64,000 nt of DNA, from positions 192,001 to 256,000 of the IMG/VR virus record IMGVR_UViG_3300017700_000931; one strand, given 5' to 3'. Shown in pieces: positions 37,831 to 47,105 of the stretch; position 1 is the stretch's first letter, and every line of letters starts with the position of its first letter. A program made the translations under genes and the position numbers. The notes under the pieces were generated by a model. The model did no database searches. It was not told the DNA's origin and was given only the letters and a program-made list of their open reading frames with translations. The DNA is from a virus (taxonomy: Duplodnaviria; Caudoviricetes).

Positions 37831-40347
37831 ATGAAGAAGGATGTTCTACCGAAGGTAAAAATTGTTATGAAGAATGCCTTCGAAGAAGCGAAGGCTTTTA
37901 GTGATATTAAACTAAGACCGGAGCATATAATGATGTCAATGATTACTGATGATGACAACAAATGTGTTGATATCCTAAAAGAATTAAAGGTTGACTTAAG
38001 TGAATTATATGATAGATTGAGTAGATATTTGATTGAAAGTGATTTGATACCAAGAATTACTACTTCAGCAAATGTTGATTTACCACCAAGTGAACTAACA
38101 ACTAAAATTTTTAAAACAATTGATAACGAATGCGACGAATTAGGTGATGCCGCAATAGATTTAACACATATAATGTTAGCTATCTTAAATCAAGATTCAC
38201 CAACAACTAGTATCCTACTTGAAATGGGAGTAAACTATAAAAATTTCAAAAACCTTATTATGAATAAAAACGAAGAAACAAAAGGTTCATACGATGAATC
38301 AGATGAAATGAATGAAGGTTCTAAATCAATCAACAATAAGAAAAAAAACACGACAACGAAAACACCAGTTTTAGATAACTTCTGTAGGGACGTTAGTAAG
38401 GCTGCTGAAGATGGTTTAATTGACCCAGTAGTTGGTAGACATAATGAAATCAAACGTGTTTCAACAATCCTATCTAGAAGAAAGAAAAACAATCCAGTTT
38501 TAATTGGAGAACCCGGAGTTGGTAAAACTTCTATTGTAGAAGGATTAGCCCAACTTATCAAAGATAAAAAAGCACCAAGATGCCTTTTAGAAAAAAGAAT
38601 TTATTCATTGGACCTTGCTTCAATTGTTGCTGGTACAAAGTATCGTGGACAATTTGAAGAAAGAATGAAAGCGATTCTTGAAGAATTGAAAGAGAACCCA
38701 AATGTAGTATTGTTTATTGATGAGTTACATACCATCGTAGGTGCTGGTAATGCTAGTGGTTCGTTGGATGCATCCAATATCTTTAAACCAGCATTGGCTC
38801 GTGGTGAGATACAAGTAATTGGTGCTACAACACTTGATGAGTTCCGTGAAAACATCGAAAAAGATGGTGCATTAACTCGTAGATTCCAACAAGTTTTAAT
38901 TGAGGAACCGACTAACGAAGAAACTGTCACAATCCTTATGAATATTAAGGATAAATACGAAAATCACCACAAGGTTAAGTATACACGAGAAGCAATTGAA
39001 GAATGTGTTAAGATGGCTGATAGATATATCTCTGATAGAGCTATGCCAGACAAAGCAATCGATATTCTAGATGAAGCTGGAGCTATTACTAATGTTGACA
39101 TTGAAGTTCCAGATAATATTAAAAAATTAGAAATCAAAAAGGTTGAAATTGAAGCTAAAAAAGTTGCTGTTGTTGCAAAACAACAATATGAAGAAGCTGC
39201 TAAATTGAGAGATGACGAAAAGAAAGTTGAGGAAGATATTGAAAAAGCTAAAAAAGAATGGATTGAAAGTTTAGATAAAGAACGAACAATCATTACTGTT
39301 GAATTGGTTGCCGAAGTAGTTTCCAATATGACTGGTATTCCACTTAGTAAAGTTTCAACTGAAGACACTAAACAATTGGCTCAAATGGAAGCTAATCTTT
39401 CTGGAGCTGTAATCGGACAAGATGAGGCTGTTATTAAGGTTTCTAAAGCAATCAAAAGAAGTAGATTGGGGATTAGAAAAGGTGGTAAACCAATCGGTTC
39501 ATTTATTTTCTTAGGACCAACTGGTGTAGGTAAAACTTATCTGGCCAAATTACTCGCCGAATATGTTTTTGGTGATAAAGATGCGTTGGTTCGTATTGAT
39601 ATGAGTGAATACATGGAGAAATTCTCTACATCCAGATTAATCGGGGCACCTCCGGGGTATGTCGGATATGAAGAAGGTGGTAAATTGACTGAAGCAATTC
39701 GTCGTAAACCTTACTCAGTCGTATTGTTTGATGAAATTGAAAAAGCACATCCTGATGTCTTCAATCTATTATTACAATTACTAGATGAAGGACAACTTAC
39801 TGATTCACTTGGACGTAAAATCGATTTCAAAAATACTATGGTAATCATGACATCAAATATTGGTGTTAAAGAATTGAATAGTTTTGGAACTGCGGTTGGA
39901 TTTGCTACTGGTGATACTATCGTAAAAGAAGAAAAAAGAGCTCACGATATTATCGAAAAAGCACTAAAGAAAAAATTCCCACCAGAATTTCTTAATCGTT
40001 TGGATGATACAATCATCTTCAATTCATTGAAAGAAGAAGACATTCATAAAATCATTAAAATTGAAATTAAAGATGTCGAAAGTAGAATGGCCGAACTTGG
40101 TTATAAAATTAAGTTAGACAAAAAAGGGATGGAATATATTGCCAAACAAGGTTACGACCAAGAATTTGGTGCCAGACCATTAAGTCGTGCAATTCAAAGA
40201 TACATCGAAGATACAATTGCCGATGAAGTGATTAATGGGAATGTCCAACAAGGGGATACCATCAAAATTAGTTACAATAAAACTAAGGATGAAATGGTCA
40301 TCAGCACGGAAAAATCTTCCAAGGAAGAAACTACCGATGAAGAGTAA
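37831..40347 (+). CDS. clpC: ATP-dependent Clp protease ATP-binding subunit, ClpC type
   Basis: Clp N-domain, GEPGVGKT/IDELH (D1), UVR-like QQYEEAAKLRD, GPTGVGKT/FDEIEKAHPDV (D2), AVGF ClpP-docking loop, GARPL. Confidence 0.93.
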   Translation: MKKDVLPKVKIVMKNAFEEAKAFSDIKLRPEHIMMSMITDDDNKCVDILKELKVDLSELYDRLSRYLIESDLIPRITTSANVDLPPSELTTKIFKTIDNECDELGDAAIDLTHIMLAILNQDSPTTSILLEMGVNYKNFKNLIMNKNEETKGSYDESDEMNEGSKSINNKKKNTTTKTPVLDNFCRDVSKAAEDGLIDPVVGRHNEIKRVSTILSRRKKNNPVLIGEPGVGKTSIVEGLAQLIKDKKAPRCLLEKRIYSLDLASIVAGTKYRGQFEERMKAILEELKENPNVVLFIDELHTIVGAGNASGSLDASNIFKPALARGEIQVIGATTLDEFRENIEKDGALTRRFQQVLIEEPTNEETVTILMNIKDKYENHHKVKYTREAIEECVKMADRYISDRAMPDKAIDILDEAGAITNVDIEVPDNIKKLEIKKVEIEAKKVAVVAKQQYEEAAKLRDDEKKVEEDIEKAKKEWIESLDKERTIITVELVAEVVSNMTGIPLSKVSTEDTKQLAQMEANLSGAVIGQDEAVIKVSKAIKRSRLGIRKGGKPIGSFIFLGPTGVGKTYLAKLLAEYVFGDKDALVRIDMSEYMEKFSTSRLIGAPPGYVGYEEGGKLTEAIRRKPYSVVLFDEIEKAHPDVFNLLLQLLDEGQLTDSLGRKIDFKNTMVIMTSNIGVKELNSFGTAVGFATGDTIVKEEKRAHDIIEKALKKKFPPEFLNRLDDTIIFNSLKEEDIHKIIKIEIKDVESRMAELGYKIKLDKKGMEYIAKQGYDQEFGARPLSRAIQRYIEDTIADEVINGNVQQGDTIKISYNKTKDEMVISTEKSSKEETTDEE

Positions 40348-40365
40348 TTCATAATATTTTTAAAT

Positions 40366-40393
40366 AAAACCCAGCCTTAAGCTGGGTTTTTTT
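40366..40393 (+). terminator. Intrinsic terminator of clpC
   Basis: AAAACCCAGC-CTTAA-GCTGGGTTTTTTT. Confidence 0.85.
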
Positions 40394-40405
40394 ATATTTA
40401 TAAGT

Positions 40406-41020
40406 ATGAAATCGGAAAAAATTAAGGGCGGATTAGCGGATAAAATGACAGCAAAGGACCTTGCAGAAAAACATGGTGTATCATTAAAACAGATAAATCG
40501 TGAGATTGAAATGGGTATAAAGGTTGAATTAGAGCACGTTGACGATAAAGTACTAGCTAAAGAAATTGCTATGGACCACTTATTTGAAATCCCAGATTAT
40601 TATACTAGATTGAAAAAGATGGAAACTGAAGCCAAAAAAGAATTGAAGATTAAAGAATCACTACAAAAAGAACTGATTAAAAAATTAATCAGAGAAAATA
40701 TTGAATTGATTATTGCCGATAAAACATCAACCACAAATCAATTCGACATTTACTATAAAAAAAGGTTAGCCGGAAAACTGACCCTTGGGACAGCACCTTC
40801 AGCATTAGGACCTGACACACTTGAAATCATTGATTTGTATTTGGATGATGAATATACAAATCTTAATGTGGCAAATCAAGCAATAAAATCTTTATGGGTG
40901 GCATTACCAGACACCAATAGATTCGTGGTAAACGTTCCAAAACCTAGCGAACAATTTTGGAACAAATTAGGATTCCAAAGACTTAATGATTATTATCATA
41001 TGATAATGAGAGGTCATTAA
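40406..41020 (+). CDS. DUF5661-like N-terminal domain plus GNAT-like C-terminal domain
   Basis: GIKVELEH..AKEIAMDHL.E.PDYYTRL; C-term AGKL..LEIIDLYL..FWNKLGF. Confidence 0.55.
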   Translation: MKSEKIKGGLADKMTAKDLAEKHGVSLKQINREIEMGIKVELEHVDDKVLAKEIAMDHLFEIPDYYTRLKKMETEAKKELKIKESLQKELIKKLIRENIELIIADKTSTTNQFDIYYKKRLAGKLTLGTAPSALGPDTLEIIDLYLDDEYTNLNVANQAIKSLWVALPDTNRFVVNVPKPSEQFWNKLGFQRLNDYYHMIMRGH

Positions 41021-41790
41021 TAAGGTCCAACCTTAGTTAATTTAGATTCAATACCTCTGATATATGAGTGGTTATGTAAATTACCTCCATTATTTACATA
41101 GGCAAGCATAGAATTGGTTCCAGAATTATAACCAACCAACGCTCTTAAATGTCCGCCATCTTTATCAATTTTTATCCTCATAATGACTGCCCAGAGTATT
41201 ATATTATTTGTTTCATCGGTGAGCCACTTTGTGGTTTGACTAAGTTTATTCGTTTGTCCAATAGATTCATCATACGCAAAACTGAAATCACTAGCACCTA
41301 ATAAATGCATGGTTTCAACCATACTAGAATCAATTCTTTTTCTGAAATAACCAAGAGCGGTTGTAGGAATTATTTGACAGAATCCAATCGCACCATTAGG
41401 GCTTTTAACTAATTGCCCAGCCTTTGGGTGTCCTGTCTGATAGTATTGTTTTGCACCGGATTCAAGTATTACTTGTCCAACACTCCATTTAAACATTTGT
41501 TCCGTAGAATCTAATCTAAAATGATTAACGACTTCTAAAAATGTTACGACGGTACAGGAATCAATATCATTATTAAATCTTTTAAATGCATTAAAGGTAT
41601 AATTGAATTTCTTCACGTTTTCTTCAGTTGAAACAACCAAGTCGAAAAACACTCCGTTTATTTTTGCATCAGTTTGGGTGTTAGATTCTACCCCTAGATT
41701 TTTTATTTCATTAACTTCACTGGTTAATGAAATGATACCAATTAAATTAATTATCACTCCACCTATTAACATTATTCTCAAATTTTTCAT
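41017..41790 (-). CDS. Lytic transglycosylase (SLT domain) with N-terminal hydrophobic anchor
   Basis: QVILESG (catalytic Glu), SPNGAIGFCQIIPTTA, ALVGYNSG. Confidence 0.75.
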   Translation of the reverse strand: MKNLRIMLIGGVIINLIGIISLTSEVNEIKNLGVESNTQTDAKINGVFFDLVVSTEENVKKFNYTFNAFKRFNNDIDSCTVVTFLEVVNHFRLDSTEQMFKWSVGQVILESGAKQYYQTGHPKAGQLVKSPNGAIGFCQIIPTTALGYFRKRIDSSMVETMHLLGASDFSFAYDESIGQTNKLSQTTKWLTDETNNIILWAVIMRIKIDKDGGHLRALVGYNSGTNSMLAYVNNGGNLHNHSYIRGIESKLTKVGPY

Positions 41791-41834
41791 AAATTCGTTT
41801 TAGTTCAATTACAAATATACCAATAATAAATCAT

Positions 41835-42257
41835 TTATGCAACTTTTTCACCTATAAATTCATAACTAAAGCAGACCCTTTTATTGTCAACATAGTGATT
41901 CTTAAATAGATTGGTGTGATTCACATCGATTCTTAGCTTCTTATTTTTAGTGGTCGGTTTCCATAATGGAGAATGTTGCATATAATATCCCATTCTGGGG
42001 TGGGCCGCTCTAGAAAAGAACCTCTTACCTTCGTCAAGGTGTAATTGAGCACAAGCGTTAATAAACCTAACCCCGATACCCAAGCCTTGATAATCAGGTA
42101 ATATGACAACCCTATGGCCACGCCACGCATTTTTAACATATCCAGTTGGCATTGCAATACTGGCTAAAAAACCAACCACATTACCGTTCCATGTGGCAAC
42201 ATAACATCTGGTCGCAACATGTAAGTCATCATTTAAATAATGATGCTCTTTAAACAT
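41835..42257 (-). CDS. GNAT-like acetyltransferase (C-terminal half of ATPase-GNAT)
   Basis: W.MFKEHHYL, RGHRVVILPDYQGLGIG, HPRMG. Confidence 0.8.
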   Translation of the reverse strand: MFKEHHYLNDDLHVATRCYVATWNGNVVGFLASIAMPTGYVKNAWRGHRVVILPDYQGLGIGVRFINACAQLHLDEGKRFFSRAAHPRMGYYMQHSPLWKPTTKNKKLRIDVNHTNLFKNHYVDNKRVCFSYEFIGEKVA

Positions 42258-42922
42258 GGGCCAGATACTGCGATTTGCTCTATGTATTTGGAGATTGATT
42301 TCTGGTCGGACAAAAAAAAACCATCGTAGATTTCTCCATTATTAGCATTTATTACCCAGTCCGGTTCTAACCAATCAATCACATCATCATGACAAGTAGC
42401 AATAACCACGTTTTTTATATTATTTTTTTTAATGTATTTTGAAAGAGATACTGATGCAGCCTTCGCTACATTTCTATCTACAACCGACGTGAATTCATCC
42501 AATACTGCATTGTCTTTAATTTTTCTGGCTAAATCGGCCCTAAATTTTTCACCATTGGATAACACATGGTATGGTTTATACCAACTTGGGATAGTATTCA
42601 ATCCAACGGCACCTAATTTATTTATAGCTTCATCTGGCGTATCAAAATGAGACATGATGGATTTATTTATTTCCCAGCTAGGTTGTAATTCTTGACCAAA
42701 TTCATTCAATAGGGTACTTTTTCCAGAACCACTGGAGCCATAAATAACGCCAATATTAAATTCAGATGGTAATAGTTTTGGTTTTTCCCATGGGAAGAAT
42801 CTTGAGGTTCCGTCAAAAGTACAATCAAATGCTTTCTCACTAGCCATGATAAACTCATCCTTTTCAACGGACGAAGTTAGTGGTATTAGTTGTTTTGATA
42901 ATTGTTCTATGATATTCCTCAT
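42233..42922 (-). CDS. ABC-type ATPase (N-terminal half of ATPase-GNAT)
   Basis: GSSGSGKST, LSNGEKFRA signature, LDEFTSVVDR, ATCHDDVIDWLEPDW. Confidence 0.88.
   Translation of the reverse strand: MRNIIEQLSKQLIPLTSSVEKDEFIMASEKAFDCTFDGTSRFFPWEKPKLLPSEFNIGVIYGSSGSGKSTLLNEFGQELQPSWEINKSIMSHFDTPDEAINKLGAVGLNTIPSWYKPYHVLSNGEKFRADLARKIKDNAVLDEFTSVVDRNVAKAASVSLSKYIKKNNIKNVVIATCHDDVIDWLEPDWVINANNGEIYDGFFLSDQKSISKYIEQIAVSGPCLKSIII
42312..42322 (-). promoter_or_regulatory. Candidate -1 frameshift slippery run GG-U9-G
   Basis: -1 frame reads FFFVRPEINLQIHRANRSIWPMFKEHHYL, in frame with the GNAT ORF. Confidence 0.65.
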
Positions 42923-43040
42923 AGAACAATTCTATTATTTATTGTTCGAAAATCAATAGATAGACTAGAACTTTTTAAACATAAGAATAGCCAGACAACT
43001 TAATGCCTAGCTATTTATTTTTTACTTAATTGCTTCTAAA

Positions 43041-43250
43041 TTACTTAGTTGCAGCTTTTGAATCCGTTAAAAGAGCGATTTTTTTCTCAAGGCTTTTAAT
43101 TCTAGTTTCAAGAATATTATTACCTTTAGATGCGTTTTCAGCAATCCATTCTTTTTTCTTTAATTCTACGGCCTCAGTTACGATACCATCAATTAATTCA
43201 ACTAGTTTGCTTTCAGTGAATCTTACAACTTTTACTTTTTTTCCAGACAT
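43041..43250 (-). CDS. Small late protein
   Basis: Late motif at 43286; FTESKLVELIDGIVTE leader-like sequence. Confidence 0.55.
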   Translation of the reverse strand: MSGKKVKVVRFTESKLVELIDGIVTEAVELKKKEWIAENASKGNNILETRIKSLEKKIALLTDSKAATK

Positions 43251-43334
43251 GGTTTAACCTTTTAAATATACTTGTTAGTCTACTTAATAAATATAGATTA
43301 AATCCTGAAAGTTAAATAAATTTTTATTTTTATC

Positions 43335-43487
43335 TTAAGATACTTTCTCAACAATGAAAATGCTGACCAATAAATCCTCAGTCAGCATTTTCATCTTAGC
43401 AAAATAACTTATAGCGTCTGACCTATCATTGGCTGTAATCTTTTTAATCACATCACCATTTGTGGTCCTTAATTCATACTCTCCCAT
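43335..43487 (-). CDS. Small hypothetical protein (50 aa; not in ORF track)
   Basis: MGEYELRTTNGDVIKKITANDRSDAISYFAKMKML..; host-type promoter at 43495-43524. Confidence 0.55.
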   Translation of the reverse strand: MGEYELRTTNGDVIKKITANDRSDAISYFAKMKMLTEDLLVSIFIVEKVS

Positions 43488-43537
43488 ACTATCACAAATA
43501 TATGATAAATATTGAAAATCACAAGTAAAAATTAGAA

Positions 43538-44131
43538 TTATTTACATATTTTATCAGCCCCCTTTGAAGCAGCATAAGCATCCGGTTTAATTTTGCTCTC
43601 CCAACCCATACCAATGATATAACCAATCGCATCACCTAATGCAACATGTGATTCATATCTTGGGTCTGGATTAATATCAGCATGTATTTCCATAGTGATA
43701 CCATATAAATCAAGTAATGGCCAAACCTCCAAACCAACTTCGATAGATGAACTAACTTCCCTCAACATCCGTTGATTGATTATTTCAATCTCTCTATGTT
43801 TTTTCTTATTGGTTGTCGCTCTCATTTCTTCCCAGAAAGTTGCACCAATGACCATTGCACCCCTACCGGAGTAGATAGGAACTTTAGTTTTTGTCCCATC
43901 CCAGTTTTTCTTATACTCAAAACCCATATGCTCTCTAGTCTCAACAACTATAGCAGTAGCGAATTTATATCCCTTACCAGCTTTTTGTGAGTCAGTACCA
44001 ATACATACTTTAAGTTCAAAACCCTTTTCAAGTTCTGCTTCAAAAAGTCTTTCTAAATAATCAACTAATGGTTCTTCAATAGGACCATGGTTTACTCGTT
44101 TCCATTTCATAATATGTTTTGTTTTAAGCAC
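43538..44131 (-). CDS. RNase H-like YkuK-family protein
   Basis: CIGTDSQ, FATAIVV, LREVSSSIE, EIHADIN, KIKPDAYAASKGAD. Confidence 0.8.
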   Translation of the reverse strand: MLKTKHIMKWKRVNHGPIEEPLVDYLERLFEAELEKGFELKVCIGTDSQKAGKGYKFATAIVVETREHMGFEYKKNWDGTKTKVPIYSGRGAMVIGATFWEEMRATTNKKKHREIEIINQRMLREVSSSIEVGLEVWPLLDLYGITMEIHADINPDPRYESHVALGDAIGYIIGMGWESKIKPDAYAASKGADKICK

Positions 44132-44164
44132 GAAAACCTCTCCTTTTTTTAAGAAGAGGTTTTC
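44132..44164 (-). terminator. Intrinsic terminator-like hairpin
   Basis: GAAAACCTCT..AGAGGTTTTC. Confidence 0.6.
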
Positions 44165-44187
44165 ATAATTTATTAAAAATTTTTCAT

Positions 44188-45645
44188 CTACGCTTCAACT
44201 ATATCTGACAACATAGCTGATGGTAAAAGTCTTTTTAATTTTTTATAATTCTTCTCTCCAATTTCAGCCTCTCTAACTGAAATTCTATAAAGTTTTCCAC
44301 CTCTACTCATATCCAACTGCCCAATTTCTTCTGGAATATCAGTAATCTTGTTACCAACAAGATTTAGGAATATCAAACTTTTACAATCACCAATTTCTTT
44401 TGGTATTGACGTTAATTTGTTTTTGGGAACTGACAATACTTCTAACTTAGGTAAGCTAAACATACTCGGATTTAATTCCCTCAGAGATGTCTCCCCCAAG
44501 TAAATGGTTTCAACGTTTTTAAATCTAGACAAATCAGGTAATTTTGGTATCTCTCTCTTTTTAAATCTTATTGTTGGTTGGTCCACATCTTGAATATCAA
44601 ATAAAATATCCGTAAAACCAAACGAAATTAAATAATCAATGTAAAAATTCTCATTTAAATTTCCATTAAATGCTTTCGCTAATGGCGTTAGTTCTTCGTA
44701 GAAGAAATTTGATAATGCTTCACTCTTCGAAAGAATCGAATCATAAATATTCTTATTGGCACCATTACTTCTATCTCTCAACTGTTTGCTTTCAAAATGG
44801 ATTTGATACATCATATCGTTCGGAATAGAACTTGTATCAAATTCACCATTTAAAAATCTGTTATCTATGATAATATATATTCTAGATTTATTTGAAATTG
44901 GTGTTTTATAATTAGTGTAACTATCAAACATACCATTACCTTGTTTAGTCGTACACCAACTAGCAAACCCATCAAACAAAACATTAGCATCCCTAGTTAA
45001 TGGAATAAATAATGTGAAATTTCTATCTCTAACTGGCATCAAAGCATGTCCGGCATCAACAAAACGCTTCATAGCTCTTTCAAAATCTGATGCATCTCGC
45101 TCAATAAACGGGTCAACCGAATCAAAGAGTTGTGCTAGGTTTTGATATTGATTGATATTTGTGGTATCAGTCATATTTTTAAGAGCGTAGTTTGATTCTG
45201 TTAATTCTTTGAACAGACGTTTACGTTTGTTGCTATCAAACAACTCTAGATACTCATTAGCTTGCGGTAAATCTTCAGCACCAAATCTAATTGCGTCATC
45301 AATCTTACCATCCTTAATCAATCTAGTGAAAACAGTTAACATCCACTGTAAGTAGATTTTATTAGGCGTTGGGTCAGCCGCAATCATTGCGGCAAAAATG
45401 TCCTCATGGATTCTTACAGTTTTTCTAACCCTAGATTTATCCTCATTAGTAATGATTGTATCAAGGATAGCAAGTGTTTTCTTGGTCATAACACCCATAT
45501 GAGTGTCAGTGTGGTCAGCTACTTCAATTTTAGTAATCTCACGACCTTCATTAGTTAATGATTCAACAATACCATTCATTTCTTCTTCCATGAATACATT
45601 GTATTTATCAGCCAAAAATTCTATCCTCTTTTCAATCTTTACCAT
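44188..45645 (-). CDS. Protein with C-terminal leucine-rich repeats
   Basis: LxxLxLxxNxL-type repeats (LEVLSVPKNKLTSIPKEIG, LIFLNLVGNKITDIPEEIG); N-term ADPTPNK.YLQW and SWCT motifs; start MVKIEK at 45645. Confidence 0.75.
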   Translation of the reverse strand: MVKIEKRIEFLADKYNVFMEEEMNGIVESLTNEGREITKIEVADHTDTHMGVMTKKTLAILDTIITNEDKSRVRKTVRIHEDIFAAMIAADPTPNKIYLQWMLTVFTRLIKDGKIDDAIRFGAEDLPQANEYLELFDSNKRKRLFKELTESNYALKNMTDTTNINQYQNLAQLFDSVDPFIERDASDFERAMKRFVDAGHALMPVRDRNFTLFIPLTRDANVLFDGFASWCTTKQGNGMFDSYTNYKTPISNKSRIYIIIDNRFLNGEFDTSSIPNDMMYQIHFESKQLRDRSNGANKNIYDSILSKSEALSNFFYEELTPLAKAFNGNLNENFYIDYLISFGFTDILFDIQDVDQPTIRFKKREIPKLPDLSRFKNVETIYLGETSLRELNPSMFSLPKLEVLSVPKNKLTSIPKEIGDCKSLIFLNLVGNKITDIPEEIGQLDMSRGGKLYRISVREAEIGEKNYKKLKRLLPSAMLSDIVEA

Positions 45646-45698
45646 AACAATCTTTTTGCAAATATACAAAGAATTATTTAAATAATCAATATAATGAC

Positions 45699-45730
45699 AA
45701 AAAAAAGGTGCAACCATGGTTGCACCTTTT
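45699..45730 (-). terminator. Intrinsic terminator
   Basis: A8-GGTGCAACC-AT-GGTTGCACC-TTTT. Confidence 0.75.
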
Positions 45731-45733
45731 AAG

Positions 45734-46072
45734 TTATTTATAGAATCGCCTCAATAAATCAAGGTTTTCATAATCTCTAATTTTCAATATGTGGGCCCAG
45801 AGATATTTTTTAATTTCATTGTCTCTATCAATGATATCTGAAATAATATCATTCGGATTCTCCCCACCAGTTAATCGATATTTTATTTCATCAAAATAAT
45901 CAGCCCTATCCAATCTTACCAGTTCTGCTATTATTGATTCATAAGTGTGCCATCTTTCTTTCGTTTCTTCGTTGGTATTTCTTAAGTAGTTTTTAATAAA
46001 TCTGTTATACATTTTATCTAGCGTATTGTACGTGCCAGACCCCGCCCTGATAGTAATTTTAGAAGTCTCCAT
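45734..46072 (-). CDS. Hypothetical protein (paralog of 46490..46840)
   Basis: W.TY..II.E..YRLT..E.P motif; late motif at 46103. Confidence 0.6.
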   Translation of the reverse strand: METSKITIRAGSGTYNTLDKMYNRFIKNYLRNTNEETKERWHTYESIIAELVRLDRADYFDEIKYRLTGGENPNDIISDIIDRDNEIKKYLWAHILKIRDYENLDLLRRFYK

Positions 46073-46202
46073 GTTACTATAAATTTAACATTGTTATTTG
46101 ATAATAAATATCATTTCGAACAACAATGTCGGGGTGTTTTGAATATAAAAAAGATTAACCTTTGATAGGATTAAATTAGGCCGGATTTAATATATAAAAA
46201 AA

Positions 46203-46490
46203 TTATTCATATAAATCCGCAATGAATTTTTCTACTTTATCATCAATCATTTTGGTAATGTTTTCATCGTTTGGGTCATCCCTTAAAATGTTGAATTCAT
46301 TATCCAACCCCTCAAAAATTTCTGATTTAATATTACCATCCATGAAATGTTCTATTTTGATGATGAACTCAGGATTTAAGATATAATGTTTGTCAACATA
46401 CTTAGAAAGAATCCTAACTCTTTGTTTATTGAAAATTTCTTCAACCTCTTCTTGGGTATAGACTTTCCCATTAATTCTAATTTTCGACAT
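46203..46490 (-). CDS. Hypothetical protein
   Basis: Coupled ORF. Confidence 0.55.
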   Translation of the reverse strand: MSKIRINGKVYTQEEVEEIFNKQRVRILSKYVDKHYILNPEFIIKIEHFMDGNIKSEIFEGLDNEFNILRDDPNDENITKMIDDKVEKFIADLYE

Positions 46491-46840
46491 TATCCAAATT
46501 TTATTATTTTTTTGTACAATCGCTCCAACTCAGATGAACGCTCTTTTACTTCACTTATTACTTCAATGCAAACATTTTTCGGGTCCTCAACATCGGTTAG
46601 CCTATATTGTAATTCTTTAACCCTAACCATGTCTTTCAGATTATTTTTGAATTCGATAATAACCTGATTGTAGGTGGCCCAAGCTCTTTTAATACTCAAC
46701 GCCTCAGATGTTAGCCTTTTATTTAAATGCTCTTCATAAAGTTTTTCAACGATAGTTTCTTCATACTTGTGTTCTAAATAAGTTTCAAAGTTACCATACG
46801 ATTCTCTAAGCTCTTTTTTTATCTTATCCCTTAAGTCCAT
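46490..46840 (-). CDS. Hypothetical protein (paralog of 45734..46072)
   Basis: Start MDLRDKIKKELRE at 46840; shared motif. Confidence 0.6.
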   Translation of the reverse strand: MDLRDKIKKELRESYGNFETYLEHKYEETIVEKLYEEHLNKRLTSEALSIKRAWATYNQVIIEFKNNLKDMVRVKELQYRLTDVEDPKNVCIEVISEVKERSSELERLYKKIIKFG

Positions 46841-46844
46841 CGCA

Positions 46845-47105
46845 CTAAGTTTGAATATGAATATTTTTAAGATGCTGAAACACTTCATCACTATCAATAC
46901 CAAGTTCTACACTCAATTTTTCCGACATCATCTCGAATAAATCTATAACCCCATCAAAAATCTTTTGTTGATGAATAAATTCTAAATCAGTTTTGTCACC
47001 TTTTAATCTTGAATGATAATAATTAACCATACTTCTCTCAATGAGTTTGTTTTCATTGACATAATGTTTTTTTGTATAGGCTAATATTTTATCAGCATTT
47101 GTCAT
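46845..47105 (-). CDS. Hypothetical protein
   Basis: Coupled ORF. Confidence 0.55.
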   Translation of the reverse strand: MTNADKILAYTKKHYVNENKLIERSMVNYYHSRLKGDKTDLEFIHQQKIFDGVIDLFEMMSEKLSVELGIDSDEVFQHLKNIHIQT

